Shown piece by piece: positions 8,486-17,350 of a stretch of 57,330 bases of DNA. Each line of letters starts with the position of its first letter. Positions within the stretch are counted from its first letter, which is position 1. The notes under the pieces are model-generated. The model did not search any database. It had not been told where the DNA came from and worked only from the letters and a program-made list of their open reading frames with translations. The translations under genes were made by a program, and so were the position numbers. Source of the DNA: a virus (Duplodnaviria > Caudoviricetes); the IMG/VR virus record IMGVR_UViG_3300027833_001471, positions 1-57,330 of that record; one strand, written 5' to 3'.

Positions 8486-9559
8486 ATGAAGGTTACAGTT
8501 GTTCAAGATGACATTACATCTGAGATTAGTCGTATTATGGACTATGAGTTTGATGGTACTACTACGTTCTATCCTCATGAGTTCAGTGCTATTGATCGTG
8601 AGACTACGCTTAAAGACTTTGGTGTTGGTTTGATTGTGGGACCTTCTGGTTCTGGTAAGACAACTTTACTTAAAGAGTTTGGTCAAGAGGTTGAACCTGT
8701 TTGGGATGGTGACAAATCTATTGCTTCTCATTTCAAGGATATTGATGATGTGCAAGATCGTTTAGGTGCTGTTGGGTTTAACAGTATCCCTTCTTGGTTG
8801 CGTCCTTATCATGTTCTTTCCAATGGTGAACAGTTTCGTGCTAGGTTGGCTAGACAGTTAGATAGTAATATCGTTGTTGATGAGTTCACATCTGTTATTG
8901 ACAGAGACGTTGCTAAGAGTTGTTCTAATGCTATTAGTCGTTACGTTAAAAGAAACAATTTAAAGAATATTGTATTTTCATCTTGTCATTATGACATCAT
9001 TGAGTGGTTGCAACCAGATTGGGTTTTTGACACTCATACTGGTAAGCTGACCACAAGGGGGTATCATCGGCCAGACATTGTTTTGGAAATCTTACCTTGC
9101 ACCAGAGACATCTGGACGATCTTCAGCGACCACCACTATCTCGACGGAAACATTCACTCAGGTGCATCATGTTGGATTGCAGTCTGGAACGACAGACTTG
9201 TCGGATTTCTTTCTAGCTTAAGCATGCCTTCTGGCAGTTTGAAGAATGCTTGGCGAGGTCATCGTACCGTCGTTTTGCCAGAGTTTCAAGGTTTGGGGAT
9301 TGGTGCTAGAATGACAGAAGCTATGGGAGAATTACACTTAATAGAAGGTAAAAGATATTTTACAAAAACGGCTCACCCTAGATTGGGAGAGTTTCGGAAT
9401 AATTCTGATAAATGGCGTGGTACATCTAAGAATGGCGTCGCACGTTTAGATTACAATACCAATGACAGTACCTTTGGTGGGTTTGCTGGTGGCTTACAAA
9501 AACATATGAACAGAATGTGCTATTCGCACGAGTATATCGGACTTGCTTCTAAAGCATAA
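8486..9559 (+). CDS. ABC-type ATPase fused to a GNAT acetyltransferase domain
   Basis: GPSGSGKT, LSNGEQFR, VVDEF; C-terminal VVLPEFQGLGIG acetyl-CoA motif. Confidence 0.88.
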   Translation: MKVTVVQDDITSEISRIMDYEFDGTTTFYPHEFSAIDRETTLKDFGVGLIVGPSGSGKTTLLKEFGQEVEPVWDGDKSIASHFKDIDDVQDRLGAVGFNSIPSWLRPYHVLSNGEQFRARLARQLDSNIVVDEFTSVIDRDVAKSCSNAISRYVKRNNLKNIVFSSCHYDIIEWLQPDWVFDTHTGKLTTRGYHRPDIVLEILPCTRDIWTIFSDHHYLDGNIHSGASCWIAVWNDRLVGFLSSLSMPSGSLKNAWRGHRTVVLPEFQGLGIGARMTEAMGELHLIEGKRYFTKTAHPRLGEFRNNSDKWRGTSKNGVARLDYNTNDSTFGGFAGGLQKHMNRMCYSHEYIGLASKA

Positions 9560-9595
9560 ATAATTGACCAACTAAGTTTTTGGAGCAAAGCTAAT

Positions 9596-10573
9596 ATGAA
9601 CGAAAAATTTACAAACGCAATTAACCGTGTCGAACAATCGTGTCCACCTATTTGGATGATGCGTCAAGCAGGTCGATACCAGAGTTCCTACATGCAACTC
9701 AAAGAACAATATAACTTTATGCAAATGTGTAAACTTCCGCAAATAGCGGCTAAGGTTGCTATGTTGCCTATTGATGAATTTGATTTTGATGTTGCTATCT
9801 TGTTTAGTGACATTCTTTGGCATGTCGAAGGATTGGGTCTTCCATTGGCGTTTGATCCTAGCCCAAAGTTTGAATTTCATTTATCCGAAGAAAATTACAA
9901 GAACCACATGTGTATTGAGACAGCAATGGAACACATAAACTTCCAAAAGGTTGCATTGGAAACCACAAGAGATATGTTGCCCAGTAGAAAAAGTTTGATT
10001 GGGTTTGTTGGCGGTCCTTGGAGTCTTCTTAACTATGCTTTAGGAGATAATAAGGTATCACTTGAGTTCAAAACGATGTATTTGAATGATGTTATTATTC
10101 CTCTTATGGCTAGAAGTATCAGAGCGCAGAAGTTAGCAGGTGCTGAGGTAGTCATGATCTTTGACAGTGGTTTGCATAATATGTCTAAAATATATTATGA
10201 GAACAAGTATCTCCCAATGATGGAACAGTTATCCGCAATCGGAAAAGTGGGTTACTACACACGTGATTTGCCTAATGGTTCTTTACCTAAAGTTAAGAAA
10301 ATGGAATGGGCTGGTATTGGTATCGACTCCACCCAAGACTTGGTAAAAACTTTGAAGACACATACCAATGGGTTTGTCCAAGGCAATTTTGACGAACAGC
10401 ATATGTTATTGGATACTAAACTTTATCATTATGAATTAGATAAATGGTTAGAAAGTTTGGATGGTGTTGACACCACTGGTTGGGTATGTGGATTGGGTCA
10501 TGGTATTCACAAACACACTCCAACAGATCACATAAAATACTTTATTAATCAAGTAAGGGATAAGTTTGAATAA
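9596..10573 (+). CDS. hemE: uroporphyrinogen decarboxylase
   Basis: PPIWMMRQAGRY signature, AILFSDIL, IGFVGGPWS, GLGHGI. Confidence 0.95.
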   Translation: MNEKFTNAINRVEQSCPPIWMMRQAGRYQSSYMQLKEQYNFMQMCKLPQIAAKVAMLPIDEFDFDVAILFSDILWHVEGLGLPLAFDPSPKFEFHLSEENYKNHMCIETAMEHINFQKVALETTRDMLPSRKSLIGFVGGPWSLLNYALGDNKVSLEFKTMYLNDVIIPLMARSIRAQKLAGAEVVMIFDSGLHNMSKIYYENKYLPMMEQLSAIGKVGYYTRDLPNGSLPKVKKMEWAGIGIDSTQDLVKTLKTHTNGFVQGNFDEQHMLLDTKLYHYELDKWLESLDGVDTTGWVCGLGHGIHKHTPTDHIKYFINQVRDKFE

Positions 10574-11370
10574 TGTTTGACGATTATGCGGCTTGGTTTA
10601 AAACCTTGCAGAATGATATATGTGACACCGTAGAAGACATTGAATGGGATACTTGTTATAACATGGAAGAGCATAAGAGTCCGACCAAAGAAGGTTGGAC
10701 TCAAATGCATAAAACGATCAGAGGCGATGTAATTGAAAAAGGTACTGTTAATTTCAGTAAAATCAATTCGTCGTTCGATCCTAAGTTCGCAAGTGAAATA
10801 CCTGGGACTGAAGAAAACAATGATTACCAAGCAACTGGTATTAGCGTTGTTCTGCATCCAAAAAACCCCCACGTACCAGCGATGCACTTTAATACACGAT
10901 ACATCAAGACATCAACCAAGGAATGGTTTGGTGGTGGAATGGATGTTACGCCCTGCTTGCCTTTCAATACGGAAGCTTATCATGACGTATTGAAAGAGAT
11001 GTGTGATAAACACGACGAAGCTTATTACCCAAAGTTTAAACAAGCCTGTGATGAATACTTCTTTATTCCACATCGTAATGAAATGCGTGGTGTTGGTGGG
11101 ATATTTTTTGAGTACCACGATCCAAAAGATATGAGTTTTGACTTCGTTAAGGATGTGGGACGAACATTTAATTATCTAGTCAAACATATTACAAATGATT
11201 TGTCTGACCTTTCCTATACTGATGAAGCTAGAAGAATACTAGAAGTTAAGCGTGGACGCTATGTAGAGTTCAATCTGTTGTACGATAGAGGAACAAGATT
11301 TGGTTTCAAAACAGGGGGCAACATGGAAGCTATTCTCATGACACTTCCCCCAAAAGTTAGGTGGGAATAA
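10573..11370 (+). CDS. hemF: oxygen-dependent coproporphyrinogen III oxidase
   Basis: HPKNPHVPAMHFNTRY, WFGGGMD, RGVGGIFF, RGRYVEFNLLYDRGTRFG. Confidence 0.96.
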   Translation: MFDDYAAWFKTLQNDICDTVEDIEWDTCYNMEEHKSPTKEGWTQMHKTIRGDVIEKGTVNFSKINSSFDPKFASEIPGTEENNDYQATGISVVLHPKNPHVPAMHFNTRYIKTSTKEWFGGGMDVTPCLPFNTEAYHDVLKEMCDKHDEAYYPKFKQACDEYFFIPHRNEMRGVGGIFFEYHDPKDMSFDFVKDVGRTFNYLVKHITNDLSDLSYTDEARRILEVKRGRYVEFNLLYDRGTRFGFKTGGNMEAILMTLPPKVRWE

Positions 11371-12107
11371 TGAAGATAGGCGTAAGAGGTAGTGACCTTG
11401 CATTAGCATATGCTGAGAGAGCCTGTAAGGAGCTACAGTGCGACACAGAGGTAGTAATCATCCAAACTGATGGTGATTTGAACCCTAACACTCCTATCCA
11501 CGAGATAGGTGGTAAGGGTGTATTCTGTAATGCTATTGAATATGCCTTAGTGCAAGGTATCATTGATGTTGGTGTTCATAGCTTAAAAGACATGCCCGGT
11601 GATATCGAACACCCTGATCTTGTTGTTGCATCTTATCTAAAGCGCAATAACCCACACGATGTATTGATAGGTAATGTGTTTGAAGGTTGTGTGATTGGTA
11701 CAAGCAGTCCACGAAGAAAAGAACAAATACAAGAATTGTATGGTCATTTGAACGTAGAGATAAAACCTATTAGAGGAAACATAGACACACGTTTACAGAA
11801 ACTTGACGATAAAGAGTACGATGCAATTATCTTAGCAAAAGCTGGTTTAGATGCTCTTGATATATCTAGGATATGCAAACCCTTAGATATCATACCAGCA
11901 GTTGGTCAAGGAACTACTGTATTGCAGTGTAGAAAAGATGATGTTGAAACTATAGAACTTGTTTCTAAAACAAATGATGATCTAACCATGAGACAGTCTT
12001 TCTTAGAAAGAGCATTGCTAAAAGGTATTATGGGAGACTGTAGTACATCAGTTGCCGCCTTTGCTTATGATGATGCGCCCATTAAAATGGATGTTGTTTA
12101 TTATTGA
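11370..12107 (+). CDS. hemC: hydroxymethylbilane synthase (porphobilinogen deaminase), short C-terminus
   Basis: IGVRGSDLA, GGKGVF, VHSLKDMP, GTSSPRR, IRGNIDTRL, PAVGQG, cofactor Cys in GDCS. Confidence 0.93.
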   Translation: MKIGVRGSDLALAYAERACKELQCDTEVVIIQTDGDLNPNTPIHEIGGKGVFCNAIEYALVQGIIDVGVHSLKDMPGDIEHPDLVVASYLKRNNPHDVLIGNVFEGCVIGTSSPRRKEQIQELYGHLNVEIKPIRGNIDTRLQKLDDKEYDAIILAKAGLDALDISRICKPLDIIPAVGQGTTVLQCRKDDVETIELVSKTNDDLTMRQSFLERALLKGIMGDCSTSVAAFAYDDAPIKMDVVYY

Positions 12108-12132
12108 CAACTTCATGACTTCATGATATGAT
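12104..12132 (+). promoter_or_regulatory. sigma70-like promoter TTGACA-17-TATGAT
   Basis: Consensus match overlapping the hemC stop. Confidence 0.65.
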
Positions 12133-12183
12133 ATAGAGATCATAAACGTAATATATGATTTGTAAGTCATAAGGAAGATTGTC

Positions 12184-12819
12184 ATGAGCGTTACGGATTA
12201 CACCGTATCACCAATAACTATACAAGAAGCTACACCGTTTGTTGTTGATTGGCATTACTCCAAGAATACGAATGGCTTGGCTACTCGTTTCTGTTTCGGT
12301 CTTTTCGATGGAACTGAAATGATTGGTGTTATGATATATGCGTATCTAGGCATGGCAAGTGTTTGGAAGAAGTATGGGGAAGTTGAAACAGACGTTGTTG
12401 AATTAAGACGATTGTGCTGTATTGATGACACCCCTAAGAACACGGAGAGTTACTTCATAGCTCAGACTATTAATTGGTTGAGGCAGAATACAGATTGTAA
12501 AGTTGTTGTCAGTTATGCTGACAGTATGCAAGGGCATGTAGGCACTATATACTATGCATCAAACTTTTACTATTTGGGTATGACTGCAAAGGGTAGATCG
12601 ATAAGGATTAAAGGTAATGATCGTCTGTATCACGAAAAGACAATACGGACTTACTACACACCTAAGAATGGCGAGAGGCGTCTTAAACCATACGCACAAA
12701 AGATTAAGGAACAGCTAGAGAACGGCGAAGCAGAATACGTTCATAGTAAAGGCAAACACATATTCGTATATCCTCTCAATAAGAAGGAAAGACGGAAGTA
12801 TAAAATGAAAGCAACTTAG
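12184..12819 (+). CDS. Mom-like GNAT-fold DNA modification protein
   Basis: WHYS, VELRRLC, KNTESYFI, VVSYAD...GHVGTIYYASNF motifs of the Mu Mom family. Confidence 0.8.
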   Translation: MSVTDYTVSPITIQEATPFVVDWHYSKNTNGLATRFCFGLFDGTEMIGVMIYAYLGMASVWKKYGEVETDVVELRRLCCIDDTPKNTESYFIAQTINWLRQNTDCKVVVSYADSMQGHVGTIYYASNFYYLGMTAKGRSIRIKGNDRLYHEKTIRTYYTPKNGERRLKPYAQKIKEQLENGEAEYVHSKGKHIFVYPLNKKERRKYKMKAT

Positions 12820-12820
12820 A

Positions 12821-14413
12821 ATGACTGATGTGAAACTTATGCTAGGCAATTGCTTAGATCGACTTAAAGACCTTGATGATAATTCTGTGGATAGTATCGT
12901 TACTGATCCACCTTATGGAATTGATTTCATGGGTAAGAAATGGGATTACGATGTTCCGTCCACAGAGATTTGGGAACAAGCAATGAGAGTTCTCAAACCA
13001 GGTGGTTATCTTCTAGCATTTGCTGGTACACGTACACAGCATCGCATGGCAGTTCGTATTGAAGATGCTGGTTTCGAAATCAGGGATATGATCGCTTGGG
13101 TATATGGTAGTGGATTTCCTAAGTCACATAATGTTAGTAAGGCTATTGATAAGCATAGTGAGAAACCAGAAACAAATGAAAAAATAATTGAATTGAAAAC
13201 CCAACTTATTGAAATGTTTGATCAGTGTGTGTTGACCAGAAAGAAAATAGATGAAAAATGTGGTTTTCGTGCTAGTAACTATTTGACACTTCCTTCTGAA
13301 ACTAAAAAATATGATCCATGGGTTAATATACTACCGTCACATGACAAATGGAAAATAATAAAAGAAGTTATTGGCGCTAAAGATGATTTGGATATTGATA
13401 CCTTGTATAATGATATTGAACGTGAAGTAATTGGAACACAGACAAAAGCAAGAAGCACAAGTGGTAAATCAGCATTACCCACAGTTGGTGGTGATGTCAT
13501 ATACGAAACTTGGACAATAACTGCGCCCGCTACTGATGCCGCAAAACAATGGGAAGGTTGGGGTACAGCACTCAAACCTGCCCTAGAACCTATTACAGTT
13601 GCTAGAAAACCATTAGGGGAAAAGACCGTTGCCGCTAATGTTTTGAAGTATGGCACAGGTGGTATCAATATTGATGCTAGTCGTATTCCTACTAATCCTG
13701 ATGTTGATGATGCACGACTTGGTGGGAATGGTTCTTGGAAAACGGATGGAATGGCGGTAAATGCGTATGGTAAGTTCGCAGGAACCGAAAACACTTCATC
13801 TGAGCAAGGTCGTTTCCCTACCAATCTTATTCACGATGGTTCTGAGGAAGTCACGAGTGGATTTCCTGATACTAAGGGTAGGTCAAATAAGGGATCAAGC
13901 AGTTCAACCAAAGTGGATGGCGGGGGTGTGGTATATGGAAAATACACTGGAGAACTGGAATGTGGCACATCCGCTAACCGTGACCCTATCGGTTTTCAAG
14001 AAGGTTCTGCCGCACGTTTCTTCTATGTACCAAAGACATCTAAGAAAGATCGTAATAATGGGCTAGAGAACTTTACACCAAAGGCTACAGCATCATCTGA
14101 GTTCAGACCAAATCATGCAGAGAAAGCAGACAACGGTGAAGATGGCAATCCATATGGACGTTGGACGCCTACACAGAACAACCACCCTACTGTGAAGCCC
14201 ACAGACCTTATGCGCTACCTTGTGACTATGGTGACGCCAAAAGGTGGCACAACCCTTGATCCGTTCATGGGTAGTGGTTCTACAGGACGTGGCGCAAAGT
14301 TAGGTGGGTTCAACTTTATCGGCATTGAGTTAGATGAAAACTACTTGGAGATTGCAAAGGCTAGGATTGATGCCATATCTACTGAGGTTACGCTAGAAGA
14401 ATTTTTTAAGTAA
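12821..14413 (+). CDS. site-specific DNA methyltransferase (N6-A/N4-C, beta class) with internal insertion
   Basis: VTDPPYG, HPTVKP, LDPFMGSGST, GIELD. Confidence 0.92.
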   Translation: MTDVKLMLGNCLDRLKDLDDNSVDSIVTDPPYGIDFMGKKWDYDVPSTEIWEQAMRVLKPGGYLLAFAGTRTQHRMAVRIEDAGFEIRDMIAWVYGSGFPKSHNVSKAIDKHSEKPETNEKIIELKTQLIEMFDQCVLTRKKIDEKCGFRASNYLTLPSETKKYDPWVNILPSHDKWKIIKEVIGAKDDLDIDTLYNDIEREVIGTQTKARSTSGKSALPTVGGDVIYETWTITAPATDAAKQWEGWGTALKPALEPITVARKPLGEKTVAANVLKYGTGGINIDASRIPTNPDVDDARLGGNGSWKTDGMAVNAYGKFAGTENTSSEQGRFPTNLIHDGSEEVTSGFPDTKGRSNKGSSSSTKVDGGGVVYGKYTGELECGTSANRDPIGFQEGSAARFFYVPKTSKKDRNNGLENFTPKATASSEFRPNHAEKADNGEDGNPYGRWTPTQNNHPTVKPTDLMRYLVTMVTPKGGTTLDPFMGSGSTGRGAKLGGFNFIGIELDENYLEIAKARIDAISTEVTLEEFFK

Positions 14414-14420
14414 AAAGTTC

Positions 14421-14449
14421 TTGACACGAAAAAAGAATCGTTCTATACT
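14421..14449 (+). promoter_or_regulatory. sigma70-like promoter TTGACA-17-TATACT with GAATC in the spacer
   Basis: Consensus match. Confidence 0.7.
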
Positions 14450-14476
14450 GAGTTCTGTAAAACGAAAGGAAATATT

Positions 14477-14773
14477 ATGAATAAATGGATATATGATTGT
14501 TGGAATGTAGTAATGGATCACGAAAAGAATCCACTAAGCAACATTCCTGACTTTGCTACACGACATATGATTATGCAAGTTCTTGCATGGATGTGGTGTA
14601 TTACATTTGCTATTATTGTAGGTAGCATGTGGGCAGGAGTAATTAGTATGATGTTACATGCATTAGTATTAGCCGCAATTGCAGTAACAGTAGCAACATT
14701 TGAAACAGCGAAGCGTAAACCAAATGTATTTGGGGCATACAATGGTCGTGCCAATGGGGGAGAACATGAGTAA
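14477..14773 (+). CDS. membrane hypothetical protein (2 TM)
   Basis: Hydrophobic helices; AAAGGA RBS. Confidence 0.75.
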   Translation: MNKWIYDCWNVVMDHEKNPLSNIPDFATRHMIMQVLAWMWCITFAIIVGSMWAGVISMMLHALVLAAIAVTVATFETAKRKPNVFGAYNGRANGGEHE

Positions 14774-15020
14774 ATTTGAAGTACACAAACCACACAAGAT
14801 GCTTGATTGGCTAGAAGGTGAAATGACCGATTGGGCTATTGGATTGGTGACAGAACATTTTGGTGTCGAAGAAGTTGACACAATGTCTCGTGAACAGATC
14901 GATGAAGTAATCGCTGAGTGGGAAAACCTACTAAATCAAAATGGTTATGATTGGTTAGCGCTTGGTTTGCGAAATGCAATTGGCATTTGGGAAAACGAGA
15001 ACGACGAATATATTATTTAA
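14766..15020 (+). CDS. hypothetical protein
   Basis: ATG 14766 with GGAG RBS inside ORF 14700-15020. Confidence 0.7.
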   Translation: MSKFEVHKPHKMLDWLEGEMTDWAIGLVTEHFGVEEVDTMSREQIDEVIAEWENLLNQNGYDWLALGLRNAIGIWENENDEYII

Positions 15021-15301
15021 ACAGCAAAACTCTCACCGCAACCGCACGAAGCTGTTGCGTTGGGATTAACTACCTTGAGGTAGCTACCACCTAGTTCCTC
15101 AACGTAGTCAATGGTACAACCGAAGATGAACATCTCTGCCATGGGATCAAGCCACAGATTTTCAACAGTGGGTTCCTTATCGGTAACTCCCCACTCATAT
15201 TGAAAACCAGAACAACCACCACCTTTTACATTAAGTGATACGTTTGGCTTTCCTGCCTTTGCTAAGTACGCTTTCGCGTTATCTGTGACTTGAATGTTCA
15301 T
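15017..15301 (-). CDS. iscA: Fe-S cluster assembly A-type carrier (IscA/HesB family)
   Basis: GGGCSGFQY and NPNATASCGCGESF. Confidence 0.93.
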   Translation of the reverse strand: MNIQVTDNAKAYLAKAGKPNVSLNVKGGGCSGFQYEWGVTDKEPTVENLWLDPMAEMFIFGCTIDYVEELGGSYLKVVNPNATASCGCGESFAV

Positions 15302-15454
15302 TTATTCAGACTTCCAAATCGTCCATGCACCATAGACAATCATGCCATATGCTACTAGACTTACTGGTGCTAATACCATTGCGATACCTGTGCCAATTAG
15401 CACGGCTCCGTCCAATGATGTACGCTCAGTACATCTGTTTTTAATCCAATTCAT
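15302..15454 (-). CDS. small membrane protein (50 aa, MNWIKNRCTERTSLDGAVLIG...)
   Basis: Manual translation; GGAG RBS; two hydrophobic segments; abuts iscA. Confidence 0.7.
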   Translation of the reverse strand: MNWIKNRCTERTSLDGAVLIGTGIAMVLAPVSLVAYGMIVYGAWTIWKSE

Positions 15455-15489
15455 AGTTTTTCTCCTAGTTTTTTATTGTTAACATAATG

Positions 15490-15840
15490 TTAATCAATTG
15501 CCACTATATTAGGCGATAAGCCTTCTTTCTTAGTCAGCGTTACCGCTTTTGCGCTATAACGTGGCTGTCCGTCATCTTTATTGACGAAGTAACTATATTT
15601 ATAAGGATTGTAAGTTACCGATGTCCCATTTTGAATGGTTTCTGTCGGTTCTACAAGTGTGCCTCTGATGAAAGCATGTACATTCTTTCTACCCTCACGA
15701 AGCACTTTTGCTCTGCCAGATGGCTGAACAGCAAATGTTGCGTCTTCTAGTTGGACGTCATATGTGTGGGCAATTACTTTACCCTTATGCCTTACACTAA
15801 ACAAGTTCTTGTGTAGATTGTAGTAAACTTCAACACGCAT
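15490..15840 (-). CDS. conserved phage hypothetical protein
   Basis: YYNLHK, RKNVHAF, TYNPY motifs; minus-strand TTGACA-17-TAAAGT promoter at 15869-15897. Confidence 0.75.
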   Translation of the reverse strand: MRVEVYYNLHKNLFSVRHKGKVIAHTYDVQLEDATFAVQPSGRAKVLREGRKNVHAFIRGTLVEPTETIQNGTSVTYNPYKYSYFVNKDDGQPRYSAKAVTLTKKEGLSPNIVAID

Positions 15841-15954
15841 TAGTACATCCTTTATTTGTTATCAAAACACTTTAATCGATAAACAAACTAATGTCAAGAC
15901 ACCAAAAACAGCCATCCTCCATTATATAACATAGGGAGCGGTTGTTTTTGGTGT

Positions 15955-16260
15955 CTATTTCTTTTTGCCGCCAAGCTTCTTTGGCTCTACTGCCTCTAGT
16001 CGCTTTTCAATCTCATCGATCTTAGCTGTTATCTTTGGATACTTCTTACGCCATGCGTCTTCTGGTTGCTCCAACCAAGTCCAACCCCAACGTTTTACTA
16101 AGAAGTCAACTGCATTGTCTACCTTCGCATAGCCCCAAAGGCCAATGCGTGTCGTGCTTATATATGCAACAAAGATTGCACCTAAGACTGAACCACCCAA
16201 CGCTGTGTATATCCACAGACGATCACTCGCCATTTGTTGTATCATATCAATCATTATCAT
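15955..16260 (-). CDS. membrane hypothetical protein (possibly holin-like)
   Basis: N-terminal TM, basic C-terminus. Confidence 0.65.
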   Translation of the reverse strand: MIMIDMIQQMASDRLWIYTALGGSVLGAIFVAYISTTRIGLWGYAKVDNAVDFLVKRWGWTWLEQPEDAWRKKYPKITAKIDEIEKRLEAVEPKKLGGKKK

Positions 16261-16984
16261 TCTCCTTGGTGTACTTACAATAATGGTTCATGCCATGATC
16301 ATATGCACCGTCAAATGGCATTCCCTTTTTCAAGGCTCTCCATCTGCCACGCCACTTATCTTTTACTCGTTGCCACTTTGTGCAGGCTCTAATATTTCCG
16401 TAGTAATTGATGTATCGTGGTGTGGAGTTGTGTCTGTACCCCAACAAAGCAAATGGTACACAAGTAACAAGATCGTTATTGTTGACGTGCCTAAAATGAG
16501 GTGTTTTGATAGATTTAACAAATTTCTTAGTCCCTGTTCTTGGTGATCCGTAGGTGAATAGCGCATCAACTTTATCTTGTAAACGACTACAAGCAATTGT
16601 TGCCATAGCACCACCCAACGAGTGACCACATATGAAAAAATTCTTTCCTTCTAATTTTAAACTGTCGATTGAAGTTGACAGTTGATCCCATAATTTATCT
16701 ACTTCTACTTGGAAGCCATTATGTACAAAACCAGAGCCATTCCATGCCCTGTCTGGTAATGCGTTTAGGTCTGCTTTGATATCAGAGAACTCTCCTGGTT
16801 CCGTCCCTCTAAAGCACAAAACATTTTCTTCTTTGTTTCCAATGATGTGAACTTGTGCGCCATCACTCTCAATAAATTTGTGTCTTGTATAACCTAGTTT
16901 TTTATATTGCTTCTTAGCATCTGCGCCATCCATATAAGCTATTTGGGCGCATTGAGCCATTACTGCACATTTATTTATGAACAT
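16247..16984 (-). CDS. class 3 lipase (alpha/beta hydrolase)
   Basis: FRGTE, VHNGF, GHSLGGA nucleophile elbow, TYGSPRTG, NNNDLVTCVP. Confidence 0.92.
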   Translation of the reverse strand: MFINKCAVMAQCAQIAYMDGADAKKQYKKLGYTRHKFIESDGAQVHIIGNKEENVLCFRGTEPGEFSDIKADLNALPDRAWNGSGFVHNGFQVEVDKLWDQLSTSIDSLKLEGKNFFICGHSLGGAMATIACSRLQDKVDALFTYGSPRTGTKKFVKSIKTPHFRHVNNNDLVTCVPFALLGYRHNSTPRYINYYGNIRACTKWQRVKDKWRGRWRALKKGMPFDGAYDHGMNHYCKYTKENDND

Positions 16985-16996
16985 CTTTCCTATCCT

Positions 16997-17350
16997 TTAC
17001 TTCAATCCTTTTAATTTAGCTTTCATCATTTCGTGGGCATCTCTAGGTGTCTCCGTGGCTTCTGGCGATAGTCTGGGTTCGGTTTCCCCCCTGCCAAGAG
17101 CAACACTGGATTGTACCTGTTTTCTGCCACGACTTTCTTTTCGATAGCTACCCTCAATACCAAAATATCCGACTTCTTTTTTGAGCCTTTCAAGTCTTCG
17201 CCTGAGATGGAAAACTTTTTCATTTAAGTCTATCCCTATGCTATTTAGTTGTTGCTCTGAAAATTCCGTCCCAATATGGCGGTAAGTCTTGGGTTGCCAT
17301 GTAATTACAACGTTCAATCCAAATATCGTAATATTCATCCATTTTGCCAT
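16997..17350 (-). CDS. hypothetical protein overlapping the cyclase 3' end
   Basis: ORF track; start uncertain. Confidence 0.5.
   Translation of the reverse strand: MAKWMNITIFGLNVVITWQPKTYRHIGTEFSEQQLNSIGIDLNEKVFHLRRRLERLKKEVGYFGIEGSYRKESRGRKQVQSSVALGRGETEPRLSPEATETPRDAHEMMKAKLKGLK

Noticed and set aside
8486-12107. Host chromosomal contamination explaining the hem genes
   Set aside because: They share the phage promoter style and TAATG coupling and sit between typical phage genes; read-level confirmation is still advisable.
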